Positions 44,127 through 54,329 of a stretch of 64,000 bases of DNA are shown one piece after another. Numbering within the stretch: the first letter of the stretch is position 1; every line of letters starts with the position of its first letter. The notes below the pieces were generated by a model. It saw nothing but the letters and a program-made list of their open reading frames with translations. It searched no databases and was not told the origin of the DNA. The position numbers and the translations under genes were made by a program. This stretch comes from Gemmatimonadota bacterium (GTDB taxonomy: Bacteria; Gemmatimonadota; Gemmatimonadetes; Gemmatimonadales; GWC2-71-9), in contig JADJOM010000001.1 in the NCBI GenBank assembly GCA_016713785.1, forward strand, positions 841,816 through 905,815, in the 5' to 3' direction.

Positions 44127-45416
44127 CTAGTCGTACCGAAACGGTACAGGCGGCGGCCCGTCCGGTGCGGCTGTCGAGTCACTGCGCGGATCCCCGGCGG
44201 CCGGCAGCGGCACCCGTGGCACCGACCCGACCCGGGGGAGGTCGAGCAGGTGTCGGGCGCTCGCTTCCCATCCGTGGTGGCGGGTCGCTACGGCCCGGGC
44301 GTTGGCGCCGAGCCGCTGCCGCAGTGCGTAATCGCGTCGCAGCCGGGACAGGGCCGTGGCGAGCGCCCAGGCATCCACCGCCGGGACCGCGAACCCGGTC
44401 AGTTCATGCTCGACCAGGTAACGGCCCGGTCCGACCTGCCGCGCCACGACAGGGCGCCCGGCGGCCATCGCCTCATAGACCTCGAGGGGCCAGCCGGCGT
44501 CCACCGGATCGGCCGGCGGGGTGACCACCACGTCCATCGCCGCCAGCCAGCCGGGCACCTCACACGACGGGACGGCGCCGGCGAAGTACGCCCGGTCCGC
44601 CAGGCCCCACTCCGCCAGCACCGTCTCCAGCCGCTCCCGTTCCGGGCCGCCGCCGACCAGCAGGAGCTGGCAGTCATCGTGGAACCGGGCGAGGCTGGCG
44701 AACGCCCGCAGCAGGACGGGCAGCGCTTCGGCCTCTCCGAGCGGTCCGGCGTAGCCGATGGTGAAGCTTCCGGGCGGGGCGCACCACGCCGGGCAGGGCT
44801 GCGGAGTGAACCGTTCCGGCTCGATGGCGTGGCGCACCACCCGGACCCGGTCGGGCGGGATATTGAACGACCGCAGGTAGGCCGCCACCGCGGGCGAGGC
44901 CGCGACCAGGGTCCCGGCCGCCGCGAAGGCCCGGTACGCCACGCGAATGCCGGCATGCCCCTCGAGCACCCCCAGGCGACGTCCCTCGAGTTCCACCAGC
45001 GGGGCATCGACTTCGAGGATGCTCGGGAGCCCGGCGCCCGCCGCCCAGTCCATGGCGGCGTAGCTCCAGAGGGAGTAGCGCTCGTAGACCAGGTCGAAGG
45101 GCCCGGCAGCGTCCAGCGCGGCGCGCAGCTCGCCGTTGACCGACAGGGCGCGCCAGACCGGCGGCAAGCGTCGGGCGGGCCGGCCGGCCGACAGGGCATG
45201 CACCGGGATGTCGGCGAGCCCCACCGGGCGCTCCCGCCCGGGCCGGATCGTGAACACCTCGACGGCGTGGCCCAGCGCGCGCAGGGTGCGGAGGAACGCC
45301 TGGGCGCGGGCAGCGACCCGCGATCGGCCGAAGAGCGGCTGGTCCCGATCCACGCTGACATACGCGATCCTGAGCGGCCCTCGCGCCGGGACGGCGCGAC
45401 CGACTGGCAACTCCAT
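44127..45416 (-). CDS. glycosyltransferase, GT4 (GT-B) family
   Basis: N-terminal LRIAYVSVD...AQAFLRTLRALGHAVEVF. C-terminal EGWPLEVYEAMAAGRPVVA, resembling the E-x7-E motif region. 429 aa. Confidence 0.85.
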   Translation of the reverse strand: MELPVGRAVPARGPLRIAYVSVDRDQPLFGRSRVAARAQAFLRTLRALGHAVEVFTIRPGRERPVGLADIPVHALSAGRPARRLPPVWRALSVNGELRAALDAAGPFDLVYERYSLWSYAAMDWAAGAGLPSILEVDAPLVELEGRRLGVLEGHAGIRVAYRAFAAAGTLVAASPAVAAYLRSFNIPPDRVRVVRHAIEPERFTPQPCPAWCAPPGSFTIGYAGPLGEAEALPVLLRAFASLARFHDDCQLLLVGGGPERERLETVLAEWGLADRAYFAGAVPSCEVPGWLAAMDVVVTPPADPVDAGWPLEVYEAMAAGRPVVARQVGPGRYLVEHELTGFAVPAVDAWALATALSRLRRDYALRQRLGANARAVATRHHGWEASARHLLDLPRVGSVPRVPLPAAGDPRSDSTAAPDGPPPVPFRYD

Positions 45417-45673
45417 GCTACCTCCACCGTAGGGTCAGCCCGCCCGGGACGCCGTGTCCTGTCGCGGCACCGCCGGGCCTGCCTGTGCAAGGGGCGGGCG
45501 CGGCCTGCGCCTCCCGGCGATCTTCCGGAGCTTCATGTCCAGCAACAACTTGCAGGCCGGGGACCGAGGCCCTGCCCGGGTCCGGCCCCCCACGATTCGC
45601 TCCATCATGGATCGGGGCGGTACAATTCCCGCGCGGCGGCCGCGCCGACACGGTCGATCAACGATTGCCAGGG

Positions 45674-46228
45674 ATGGTGCGTATCTCCGCTGAGTCCGAC
45701 GCCGCCCTCATCGCCAGGGCCCAGGGTGGTGACCGTGACGCCTTCGGCGTGCTGGTCGGCCGCTACGGGCCCATGGTCCGGCGCCTGACCCGGGCGGTCC
45801 TCCACCATGGTGCCGACGCGGACGATGCCGCCCAGGATGCGTTCTTCTCCGCCTGGCAGGCCATCGATCGGTTCGATCCCGCGCAGACCCTCGGGCCCTG
45901 GCTGGCCCGCATCGCGGTGAACGCGGCGCGGGACCTGGTCCGGCGTCGCCGGGTCCGGGTCACCGAGCCGGTGCCGATGGACCGCGCCGACCTGGGTCCG
46001 CTGCCGGACCGGGCCGCCGAGGCCAGGGTGCAGCGGGGGCGGCTGGCGGCGGCGCTCGCATCCCTGCCGGAGCGGCAACGGCTGGTGGTGGTGCTGTTCG
46101 AGGTCGAGGGATACGCCCACGGCGAGATCGCCGGGCTGTTCGGCATCCCCGAGGGCACGGTGCGGTCGGAGCTGTTCCACGCCAAGCGAAAACTGCGTGC
46201 GGCGCTTGACGGACTGAGAGAGGAGTGA
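45674..46228 (+). CDS. ECF RNA polymerase sigma factor
   Basis: ATG 45674 (MVRISAESDAALIARAQGGDRDAF). Region 2 DDAAQDAFFSAWQAIDRFD and PWLARIAVNAARDL. Region 4 LPERQRLVVVLFEVEGYAHGEIAGLFGIPEGTVRSELFHAKRKL. Confidence 0.85.
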   Translation: MVRISAESDAALIARAQGGDRDAFGVLVGRYGPMVRRLTRAVLHHGADADDAAQDAFFSAWQAIDRFDPAQTLGPWLARIAVNAARDLVRRRRVRVTEPVPMDRADLGPLPDRAAEARVQRGRLAAALASLPERQRLVVVLFEVEGYAHGEIAGLFGIPEGTVRSELFHAKRKLRAALDGLREE

Positions 46229-46554
46229 CCATGCAGGAATCGCCCTTCCCCCTGGATCGTGACCCGGCCCTCGAGCGCGGGCTGCGCGACCTGCTTGGCG
46301 ACGGGGCCGACGCGGGGTTCGCCGCGCGCGTCGTCGCGGGGCTCCCGGCCCGGAACTCCCTCCTCCACGTGCTGGCCGGCTGGGCCCGGCCGGGGATCGC
46401 CGCCGCGCTGCTCCTGGCCACCGCGCTCGGGGTGTGGCTCACCCTGCGAGCCGAGGCGGGTGCGGGGGTGAGCCCGCTGGCGGAGGTGGGTGCCTCCGGC
46501 CGGCCCCAGGACAGCGACGCCCTCATGGGCGTGGCGCTCGGCGGGGGGCGCTGA
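46225..46554 (+). CDS. small single-TM protein in the anti-sigma position (no zf-HC2 motif)
   Basis: GTG 46225 overlaps the sigma TGA (ATG 46231 is an alternative). TM GIAAALLLATALGVWLTL. Same position and size as 57140..57520. Confidence 0.5.
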   Translation: MTMQESPFPLDRDPALERGLRDLLGDGADAGFAARVVAGLPARNSLLHVLAGWARPGIAAALLLATALGVWLTLRAEAGAGVSPLAEVGASGRPQDSDALMGVALGGGR

Positions 46555-46565
46555 GCGTGGCGGCC

Positions 46566-46964
46566 ATGCGCACCGATACCTGGAAGGCCGTGGTGCTGCT
46601 CCTGCTGGCCACCTTCGCGGGGGCGGCGGTGGGCAGTGTGGTCACCAGCCGGATGCACGGCGAGCACCGCGACGGCGCGCATGGCCACCGCGGCAGCGAC
46701 TGGTACATGGACCTGCTCAAGGCGGAACTGCAGCTCACGGCCGCGCAACAGGACAGCGTGCGGCAGGTGCTGGACCATCACCGCGGCGCGATGGACTCCC
46801 TCTGGGCCGATGTCGGCGCCCGGATGGACGCGATGCGCCAGGCCATCCGCGCCGACGTCCGGACACTGCTGACCCCCGCGCAGCGTGAGCGGTACGCTGC
46901 GCTCACCGCCCGGCTGGACGCCGAGCGGCGTGATTCGACCTCCAGGGATTCGACCAACCGATGA
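46566..46964 (+). CDS. membrane-anchored periplasmic LTXXQ-motif protein (Spy/CpxP/ZraP-like, 'periplasmic heavy-metal sensor' type)
   Basis: ATG 46566 (MRTDTWKAVVLLLLATFAGAAVGSVV anchor). His-rich HGEHRDGAHGHRG. Two L-T-x-x-Q motifs (LQLTAAQQD, LLTPAQRERY) in predicted helices. Confidence 0.7.
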   Translation: MRTDTWKAVVLLLLATFAGAAVGSVVTSRMHGEHRDGAHGHRGSDWYMDLLKAELQLTAAQQDSVRQVLDHHRGAMDSLWADVGARMDAMRQAIRADVRTLLTPAQRERYAALTARLDAERRDSTSRDSTNR

Positions 46965-48274
46965 CGACGATGATGCCCCGGCGTACCTGGCGGGCCACCC
47001 TGGCGCTGCTCGCCGCCCTGGTGGCCGGCCCCCTGGCGGCGCAGACCCCGACCGTGACCCTCGAGGAGGCGGTGCGCCGGGCGCAGCAGGCACAGCCCGC
47101 CGTGGTGCAGGCGCGCGGCAGCCTCCGCAACGCCGACGCCCAGGTCCGCTCGTCCACCGGCGCGTTCCTGCCCAGCCTGAACGCGACCTCCTCCGGCACC
47201 CGCAGCTACAACGAAACCCAGCGCGTGGGCCCCACCGGCGAACTCGAGAGCGGCGGGACCACCACCAACAGCGTCAACTTCGGGCTGTCCAGCAGCGTGG
47301 ACCTGTTCACCGGGTTCCGCCGGGGCGCGGACCGCCGCTCGGCGCGGGCCACCCAGGACGCCGCGGAGGCGGGGGTGACCAACGCCGAGTTCCAGGCCGG
47401 GCTGACCGCCACGCAGCAGTTCTTCGACGCGCTGGCGGCCCAGCAGCTGGTGCGGGTGCGGGAGGCGGGGGTGCGCCGGGCCGAGGAGCAGCTCAACCTG
47501 TCGGCGGCCAAGCTCCGGGTGGGCTCCGCCACCCGTTCCGACTCGCTCCGTTCGGTGGTGAACCTGGGCAACGCGCGGCTGGCGCTGGTCTCGGCCGGCA
47601 GTGACGTGGCCCGGACCCAGGCGGCGCTGGCGCGCACCATCGGCCTCGACGGCCGGGTGGCCGCGTCAGACGACTCCGCCTTCTACGCCCCGACGACGAG
47701 CATCGACACCACCGCGCTCAACCGCGAGGCGCTGGCCCGCTCCCCGCGGGTGCAGGCCGCCGAGGCGAGCGCGCGGGCGGCGGACGCCTCGGTGAAGGCG
47801 GCGCGGTCGCAGTACTTCCCCACCCTGGCCCTGTCAGGGTCGGCCGGATGGAGCGGCAACAACAACTCCGATTACCGGCTCTTCGCCAACCGGCAGCTGC
47901 AGCTCGGGCTCTCGTGGCCGATCTTCAACCGGTTCCAGCGGGAACAGACCATCGTCACCCGGCTCTCCAGCCTCGACGCGGCGGAGGCGAGCGCGCAGGA
48001 CGCGCGGCGCGAGGTGCAGGCCTCGCTGACCACCCAGTATGCCGCGCTCGACGCGGCGCGGGTGCGGATGGAGATCGCCCAGAGCAGCCTCGAGGCCGCC
48101 ACCGAGGACCTCCGGGTGGTGAGCGAGCGGTACCGGGTCGGGGCGGCGACGATCCTCGACGTGCTCAACTCGCAGGAAGCGCTGGCGCAGGCGGACGTGG
48201 ACGTGGTCACGGCACGGTTTGACTACCTCAAGGCCCGAGCCCAGATCGAGGCCCTCATCGGACGGCGGCTATGA
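46961..48274 (+). CDS. TolC-family outer-membrane efflux protein
   Basis: ATG 46961 overlaps the upstream TGA (ATGA). Signal peptide. [15 protein letters not shown]. Two repeated OEP halves. Ends [13 protein letters not shown]. Confidence 0.9.
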   Translation: MTTMMPRRTWRATLALLAALVAGPLAAQTPTVTLEEAVRRAQQAQPAVVQARGSLRNADAQVRSSTGAFLPSLNATSSGTRSYNETQRVGPTGELESGGTTTNSVNFGLSSSVDLFTGFRRGADRRSARATQDAAEAGVTNAEFQAGLTATQQFFDALAAQQLVRVREAGVRRAEEQLNLSAAKLRVGSATRSDSLRSVVNLGNARLALVSAGSDVARTQAALARTIGLDGRVAASDDSAFYAPTTSIDTTALNREALARSPRVQAAEASARAADASVKAARSQYFPTLALSGSAGWSGNNNSDYRLFANRQLQLGLSWPIFNRFQREQTIVTRLSSLDAAEASAQDARREVQASLTTQYAALDAARVRMEIAQSSLEAATEDLRVVSERYRVGAATILDVLNSQEALAQADVDVVTARFDYLKARAQIEALIGRRL

Positions 48275-49020
48275 GCACACTGACGGATACGGCGGAACGG
48301 ATGGCCCAGCTGCCCGGCGACGTCCCCCGCGATGCGGTGATCGTCACCCGGAACCTGCAGCGCCAGTACGACATGGGGGGCGAGATCGTGCGCGCCCTCC
48401 GGGGCGTGGACCTTACCATCCGCCGCAACGAGTACGTGGCCGTGATGGGCCCCTCGGGGTCGGGGAAGTCCACGCTGATGAACCTCATCGGCTGCCTCGA
48501 CACGCCGAGCGAGGGGGAGTACTGGCTCAATGGCTATCGGGTCTCCGAGCTGGGCGACGACGCCCTGGCGCGGATCCGCAACAAGGAGATCGGGTTCGTC
48601 TTCCAGACCTTCAACCTGCTCCCCCGCGCCGACGCGCTGCACAACGTGGAGCTGCCGCTGGTCTACGCCGGCGTGGCCACCCGGGAGCGCCGGGAGCGCG
48701 CGGCCGAGGCGTTGCGGCGGGTGGGGCTCGAATCGCGGATGAGCCACCGTCCCAACGAGCTCTCCGGCGGCCAGCGGCAGCGCGTGGCCATCGCCCGGGC
48801 GCTGGTCAACCGGCCGAGCATCCTGCTGGCCGACGAGCCCACCGGCAACCTCGACTCCAGCACCAGCGCGGAGATCATGGCGCTGTTCCGCGAGCTGCAC
48901 ACCGAATCGCAGACCATCGTGCTGGTCACGCACGAACACGACATCGCCGCGCACGCCGAGCGGCAGGTCCACCTGCACGACGGCAAGGTCGCGCAGGATT
49001 TCCAGACGCCCAGGAACTGA
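48271..49020 (+). CDS. ABC transporter ATP-binding protein (MacB/LolD-type, separate from the permease)
   Basis: ATGA overlap with the TolC gene. Walker [12 protein letters not shown]-loop. Signature [15 protein letters not shown]. Walker [14 protein letters not shown]-loop VLVTHE. Confidence 0.95.
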   Translation: MSTLTDTAERMAQLPGDVPRDAVIVTRNLQRQYDMGGEIVRALRGVDLTIRRNEYVAVMGPSGSGKSTLMNLIGCLDTPSEGEYWLNGYRVSELGDDALARIRNKEIGFVFQTFNLLPRADALHNVELPLVYAGVATRERRERAAEALRRVGLESRMSHRPNELSGGQRQRVAIARALVNRPSILLADEPTGNLDSSTSAEIMALFRELHTESQTIVLVTHEHDIAAHAERQVHLHDGKVAQDFQTPRN

Positions 49021-49027
49021 CGCCGCC

Positions 49028-50521
49028 ATGCGCAAGACGCTCTCCGTTGCCGTGTTCGCCCTCGCCCTCGCCGCCTGCAGCGAGCCCGAGGCCGCCCCGC
49101 TGCCCGTCTACCAGGCGGTGGCGGTCGAGCGGCGGGACATCGTGGTCTCCGCCCGCGCCAACGGCACGATCCAGCCCGACACCACGGTCGAGGTGAAGTC
49201 CAAGGCCTCGGGCGAGATCCTCAAGCTCAACGTCGAGACGGGGAGCACGGTGGCCCGGGGCGACCTGCTGATCCAGGTGGACCCGCGCACCGCCAAGAAC
49301 AGTTTCGCGCAGGCCGAGGCCGATCTCGACGTGGCCAAGGCCAAGCTGGCCAACGCCACGGCCCAGAAGAACCGCTCCGACGCGCTGTTCGAGTCCAAGG
49401 CGCTGACCGAGCAGGAGCATGAGCAGGCGGTGCTCGACTTCGCCAACGCCCGCTCGGAGGTGGTGCGGGCCGAGGTGGCGGTCGAGAACGCCCGCATCCG
49501 GCTGGAGGACACCGACGTCCGGGCGCCGATCGGCGGCACGATCATCGAGAAGAGCGTGGAGCGCGGGCAGGTGATCTCCTCGCCCACGAGTGACGTGGGC
49601 GGCGGCACCGTGCTGCTCCGCATGGCCGACCTCAACCTGGTGCAGGTGCGCACCCTGGTGGACGAGACGGACATCGGCAAGATCCAGCCGGGGCTGCGGG
49701 CCACGGTCACGGTGGACGCCTACCCCAACCGGCCGTTCGAGGGCACGGTGCTCAAGATCGAGCCGCTCGCCGTGACGCAGCAGAACGTGACCATGTTCCC
49801 GGTCATGGTGCGCATCCAGAACCGCGAGGGGCTGCTCAAGCCGGGGATGAACGCGGACGTCGAGATCCACGTGGGCCGCCGCGACGGCGTGCTCGCCGTG
49901 CCCAACGCGGCCCTGCGCACCCAGCGCGACGTCGCCAGCGCGGCGGAGGTCCTGGGGCTGACGGCCACGGAGGTGGCGACCCAGCTGGCCCAGGCCGCCC
50001 GCGCGCCCGGGGACAGCGCCCAGGTCCGGCCCGCGAGCGCGGGCGCGAAGCCGGCCGGCGCCACCATGACGCTGCAGAACGGGCAGACCATCACCCTGCC
50101 CGAGGGCGTGACCGAAGAACAGGTCCGCAACGCCATGAAGAAGCGCTTCTCCGGCGAGGCCACCACCCCGGCCGAGAAGGCGCTGCTGCAGAAGGTCTTC
50201 TCGGGCGCCGGCGGCGGCGGGGCGCGACGCCCCCAGACCGACTCCCGCTTCGGCGGGAAGTACATCGTGTTCGTCCGGCGGGACGGCAAGCCCTTCGCCA
50301 CCAACATCGCGACGGGCCTCACCGACCTCGACTGGAGCGAGGTGAGCAGCGGCCTCGGCGAGACCGACTCGGTGCTCATCCTGCCCAGCGCTGGGCTGAT
50401 CGAGTCGCAGAAGGAATTCAATGAACGGATGGCGCGGATGACGGGCGGGGGCGGGATCCCCGGGCTGGCCAACCCGTCCACCAGCTCCAAGGCGCCCACC
50501 GCCACCACCACGAGGCCCTGA
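49028..50521 (+). CDS. periplasmic adaptor (membrane fusion protein, MacA/HlyD family) with a ~100-aa insertion
   Basis: Lipobox LALAAC. Lipoyl/hairpin motifs ([32 protein letters not shown]; [18 protein letters not shown]). Beta-barrel domain ([10 protein letters not shown]...VPNAAL). At 497 aa it is longer than typical MacA. Confidence 0.9.
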   Translation: MRKTLSVAVFALALAACSEPEAAPLPVYQAVAVERRDIVVSARANGTIQPDTTVEVKSKASGEILKLNVETGSTVARGDLLIQVDPRTAKNSFAQAEADLDVAKAKLANATAQKNRSDALFESKALTEQEHEQAVLDFANARSEVVRAEVAVENARIRLEDTDVRAPIGGTIIEKSVERGQVISSPTSDVGGGTVLLRMADLNLVQVRTLVDETDIGKIQPGLRATVTVDAYPNRPFEGTVLKIEPLAVTQQNVTMFPVMVRIQNREGLLKPGMNADVEIHVGRRDGVLAVPNAALRTQRDVASAAEVLGLTATEVATQLAQAARAPGDSAQVRPASAGAKPAGATMTLQNGQTITLPEGVTEEQVRNAMKKRFSGEATTPAEKALLQKVFSGAGGGGARRPQTDSRFGGKYIVFVRRDGKPFATNIATGLTDLDWSEVSSGLGETDSVLILPSAGLIESQKEFNERMARMTGGGGIPGLANPSTSSKAPTATTTRP

Positions 50522-50523
50522 CC

Positions 50524-51738
50524 ATGAACCTGCTCGAGATCATCCGGGTGGCGCTGGGTTCCATCCGGGTGAACGTGCTGCGGTCCATCCTGACGGCCCT
50601 GGGCATCATCATCGGCGTGGCCGCCGTCATCACCATGGTGGCCCTCGGCGCCGGCGCCCAGAAGGCCGTCGAGGAACAGATCGCCTCCATCGGGGCCAAC
50701 GTCCTGCAGGTCTATCCCAACTGGGGCCGCATGGGCGGGGTGGCCAGCGCCACCCGCGTGAGCCTGACCACCGACGACGCCGCCGCCCTGCAGCGCGACG
50801 CCACCCAGCTCAAGGCCGTGGTGCCGGAGCTGGGGAACAACCTGCAGGTGAAGTACCTCAACACCAACATCAACACCTCCATCACCGGCGTGACGGCCAA
50901 CTTCATGCCGGTGAAGCGGTACAAGCTGGCCCACGGGCGGATCTTCAGCGAAGGGGACGACGAGGCCCGTGAGCGCTATGCCGTGCTCGGGTCCGAGATC
51001 CCGGTGATGCTCAACGCCAACCCGGCCGCGCTGATCCACCAGACCATCCAGATCCGCGGGATCAGCTTCGAGATCATCGGCGTGCTGCAGCCCAAGGGCG
51101 CGAGCAACTCGTGGCAGAACCCCGACGAGATCGTCTTCATCCCGCTCAACACCGCCCGCTACCGGGTCTTCGGCAATGACCGGCTGCGCGCCATCAGCGT
51201 GGAGGTGAAGGACAGCGTCCCGGTGGACATCGGGATGGTGGACATCGAGCGGGTGATGCGCCGGGAGCACAAGATCCGCCCCGGCCAGGAGAACGACTTC
51301 ATGATCCGCGGGTCGCAGGAGGTGCTGGCCACCCAGGCGGCCACCACCCAGATCTTCACCACGCTGCTGGCGAGCATCGCGGCGGTGTCCCTGGTGGTCG
51401 GCGGCATCGGCATCATGAACATCATGCTGGTCTCGGTCACCGAGCGGACCCGCGAGATCGGGGTGCGCAAGGCGCTCGGCGCCACCCGGCTCAACATCAT
51501 GTTCCAGTTCCTCATCGAGGCCCTGGTGCTCTGCCTGGTAGGCGGGCTGCTCGGCATCGGGCTCGGCTGGTGGGTCACCGACACCCTGGCCACCAACAAC
51601 GGCTGGAACACCCTCATCTCGAGCCAGAGCATCGCGGTCGCGTTCGGGACCAGCGCCGCCATCGGCCTGGTGTTCGGGATCTGGCCCGCCAGCCGGGCCG
51701 CCCGGCTCGACCCGATCATCGCCCTGCGGTACGAGTAG
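50524..51738 (+). CDS. ABC transporter permease, MacB/FtsX-type
   Basis: N-terminal TM (LRSILTALGIIIGVAAVITMVALG), large periplasmic domain, C-terminal FtsX domain (IGGIGIMNIMLVSVTERTREIGVRKALGA...). Confidence 0.9.
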   Translation: MNLLEIIRVALGSIRVNVLRSILTALGIIIGVAAVITMVALGAGAQKAVEEQIASIGANVLQVYPNWGRMGGVASATRVSLTTDDAAALQRDATQLKAVVPELGNNLQVKYLNTNINTSITGVTANFMPVKRYKLAHGRIFSEGDDEARERYAVLGSEIPVMLNANPAALIHQTIQIRGISFEIIGVLQPKGASNSWQNPDEIVFIPLNTARYRVFGNDRLRAISVEVKDSVPVDIGMVDIERVMRREHKIRPGQENDFMIRGSQEVLATQAATTQIFTTLLASIAAVSLVVGGIGIMNIMLVSVTERTREIGVRKALGATRLNIMFQFLIEALVLCLVGGLLGIGLGWWVTDTLATNNGWNTLISSQSIAVAFGTSAAIGLVFGIWPASRAARLDPIIALRYE

Positions 51739-51754
51739 CACCCGCGCGCCCCGG

Positions 51755-51778
51755 GCCTCCCTCCCGACGGAGGGAGGC
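51755..51778 (+). terminator. intrinsic-terminator-like hairpin closing the efflux operon
   Basis: GCCTCCCTCC-cgac-GGAGGGAGGC, perfect 10-bp stem, 17 nt after the permease stop. Confidence 0.6.
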
Positions 51779-51819
51779 TGCGGTGCGCCCCTCCCCCTTG
51801 CCGACGGACGTCGCTCCGC

Positions 51820-54081
51820 ATGCTGACGCTCATGATGCTCGCGGCCCTCCAGGCCGCCCCGCAGGACACCGGGACCGTGCGCTTCGCCGTGGACCTGCCC
51901 CGCCGTGAGGCGCTGGTCACGATCGATGGCGTGCTCGACGAGCCGGTCTGGCGCGAGGCGGCCCGGCTCGACGGCTTCCACCAGTACCAGCCGGTGGATG
52001 GGCGGCCCGCCGAGGAGCGGACCGAGGTCCTGGTCTGGTACGCGCCGGGCGCGATCCACTTCGGCATCCTCGCCCACGACCGGCAGCCCCAGGGCATCCG
52101 CGCCACCGTGGCCGACCGCGACAACCTCGACGCCGATGACCGGGTCACGATCTACCTGGACACCTTCAACGACCGGCGCCGCGCCTTCTTCTTCACCGTG
52201 AATCCGCTCGGGGTGCAGGAGGACGGGGTGCGCAGCGAGGGAGGCTTCACGGCCGGCTCCCTGAGCGGGGGGACCACCGACAAGAACCCCGACTACCTCT
52301 GGCAGTCCCGCGGCGTGGTCACCGACTCGGGGTACGTGGTCGAGGTCCGGATCCCCTTCAAGAGCCTGCGCTACCCCGGGGACGGCGCCCAGTCCTGGGG
52401 GCTCAACGTGCAGCGCCGGGTGCAGCGCACTGGCTACGACGACACCTGGACCGACGTGCGGCGCGCCAACGCCAGCTACCTGCTGCAGGCCGGCACCGCC
52501 ACCGGCCTGCACGACCTGCAGCGCGGCCTGAGCGCCGAGGTGCAGCCCTTCGTGACCGCGCAGGCCAACGGCCTCCGCGACGCCTCGGGCTTCACCCGCG
52601 AGGACCTCGACCCGAGCGCCGGCGTGAACCTGCGCCTGGGCATCAGCAGCAACGTGTCGATCGACGCCACGTACAATCCGGACTTCAGCCAGGTGGAGTC
52701 CGACGCGAGCCTGGTGACCGTCAATGAGCGGTTCGCGCTGTTCTTCTCCGAGAAGCGGCCCTTCTTCCTGGAGGGGATCGAGCTCTTCGCCACCCCCAAC
52801 CAGCTGGTCTACACCCGCCAGATCGTGAACCCGCTGGTGGGCGGCAAGGTGACCACCAAGGTGGGCCGCACCAACCTGGCGCATCTCTCGGCCATCGACG
52901 AGCAGCCGGGCCACAACGCGGTATTCACCGTCACCCGGCTGCGCCGGGACATCGGGGCCAACTCCACCGGCGGGCTCACCCTGACCACCCGCGACCAGGA
53001 CGGCGCCTTCAACCGCCTGGCGGCCGGCGACGTCCGGGTGGTGTTCGGCAAGCTCTACTACGTGGCGGGACAGCTCGGCGCCTCGTGGACCCGCGACACG
53101 CGGAGCGGCGACGCGCGCACCAGCCCCCTCTGGGAGGCCGAGTTCGACCGCACCGGGCGCAGCTGGGGGTTCAACTACAAGCTGACCGGCATCGGGCGCG
53201 ACTTCTCCGCGCAGGCCGGCTTCGTGCCGCGGAACGACATCATCACGGTCCGCGCCTTCAATCGCTTCTCGTTCTATGGCGCGCGGGGCGCAACGCTCGA
53301 GCAGCTCACCGTCTTCTTCGGCCCCAGCCGGCTGTGGCGGTACGACCGGTTCCCCAGCGACGCGCTCGAGGGTTCCGAGAGCGGCGACCTCAACCTGACC
53401 TTCCGCGGCGGCTGGAAGGCGTCGGCCCACGCCGAGCACAACTTCACCGACTTCATCCCGGGGGACTACGCCGGCTACGAGACCGGGGCGCCGGGGACGC
53501 CGTACGCCCCGCTCGACGGCATCAGCGACGGCTTCTCGTTCTCCGGCAGCGTGACCACCCCGACCTTCCAGGCGCTCAACGCCACCGCGCGCCTGGCCCG
53601 CAGCCGTGGGCCGATCTTCCCCGAGGCGTCGCGCGGGTACGAGACCCGCTTCACCTCGAGCCTCTCGCTGCGGCCCACCGGCTCCGTCCGCCTCACGGCC
53701 TCCAACACCTGGTCCCGCATCACCCGCGACCGCGACGGTTCGGAGTTCGCGCGCACGATCATCCCGCGGCTCAAGCTGGAGCTGCAGGCCAACCGCGCGC
53801 TGTTCTTCCGGGTGGTGGCGGAGTACGTGGCGGAGCGGCGGTCGCCGCTCGAGGACGCCCGGACCGGCGCCCCGCTGTTCGTGAACGGGAGCCAGGTGGT
53901 GGGGCGCGAATCGAACCGGATGCGGATGGACTGGCTGGCGTCGTTCGAGCCGACGCCGGGGACGGTGGCCTTCTTCGGGTACGGGGCCTCGCTGGCCGAC
54001 CGGGAGGCGTTCGCCTTCCGGGACCTGACCCGGGACAGCGACGGCTTCTTCGTGAAGCTGGCCTACCAGTTCCGCTACTGA
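51820..54081 (+). CDS. CBM9-like/DUF5916-family outer-membrane protein
   Basis: N-terminal IDGVLDEPVW, DGFHQYQPVDG, DRVTIYLDTFNDRRRAFFF and NPLGVQ.DG, typical of carbohydrate-binding family 9-like domains. Long beta-rich C-terminus ending FFVKLAYQFRY. Confidence 0.8.
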   Translation: MLTLMMLAALQAAPQDTGTVRFAVDLPRREALVTIDGVLDEPVWREAARLDGFHQYQPVDGRPAEERTEVLVWYAPGAIHFGILAHDRQPQGIRATVADRDNLDADDRVTIYLDTFNDRRRAFFFTVNPLGVQEDGVRSEGGFTAGSLSGGTTDKNPDYLWQSRGVVTDSGYVVEVRIPFKSLRYPGDGAQSWGLNVQRRVQRTGYDDTWTDVRRANASYLLQAGTATGLHDLQRGLSAEVQPFVTAQANGLRDASGFTREDLDPSAGVNLRLGISSNVSIDATYNPDFSQVESDASLVTVNERFALFFSEKRPFFLEGIELFATPNQLVYTRQIVNPLVGGKVTTKVGRTNLAHLSAIDEQPGHNAVFTVTRLRRDIGANSTGGLTLTTRDQDGAFNRLAAGDVRVVFGKLYYVAGQLGASWTRDTRSGDARTSPLWEAEFDRTGRSWGFNYKLTGIGRDFSAQAGFVPRNDIITVRAFNRFSFYGARGATLEQLTVFFGPSRLWRYDRFPSDALEGSESGDLNLTFRGGWKASAHAEHNFTDFIPGDYAGYETGAPGTPYAPLDGISDGFSFSGSVTTPTFQALNATARLARSRGPIFPEASRGYETRFTSSLSLRPTGSVRLTASNTWSRITRDRDGSEFARTIIPRLKLELQANRALFFRVVAEYVAERRSPLEDARTGAPLFVNGSQVVGRESNRMRMDWLASFEPTPGTVAFFGYGASLADREAFAFRDLTRDSDGFFVKLAYQFRY

Positions 54082-54088
54082 GCCCGGC

Positions 54089-54325
54089 TCAGGCCTGGTC
54101 GGCCCACACGTCGGCGGCGCCGTCGTCGCCGTAGTGGACGTGCAGCACCCAGGGCTGGCAGCAGACAGGACAGTCCTCCACGTACTCCTGCGCCGCCCCG
54201 CTCCCCGGATCCAGGCCGATCGTGCTCACCTCGCCGCAGTAGGGGCAGGTCACCTCGGCCTCGAGGTCGGCCACCCCGTCCCCGAGCGGGAAGTCCTCGT
54301 CGAGCGGATCGGGCAGGTCGACCAT
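54089..54325 (-). CDS. CPXCG-motif cysteine-rich small protein
   Basis: CPYCG...CPVCC pair (zinc-ribbon-like). 78 aa. 4 nt downstream of tspO on the same strand. Confidence 0.75.
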   Translation of the reverse strand: MVDLPDPLDEDFPLGDGVADLEAEVTCPYCGEVSTIGLDPGSGAAQEYVEDCPVCCQPWVLHVHYGDDGAADVWADQA

Positions 54326-54329
54326 GGGG

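Noticed and set aside
45658-45684. ECF-like motif TCAAC-N17-CGTAT near the sigma gene at 45674
   Set aside because: The motif spans the ATG start itself. Using it would force a downstream start that deletes part of sigma region 2, so it is likely coincidental.
49720-53439. 1239-aa minus-strand ORF spanning the adaptor, permease and DUF5916 genes
   Set aside because: It is antisense to three well-supported plus-strand genes with clear family motifs. Its composition (G/V/H/D/R/L/A-rich, no motifs) changes abruptly where the sense gene's frame changes. This is a typical high-GC shadow ORF.
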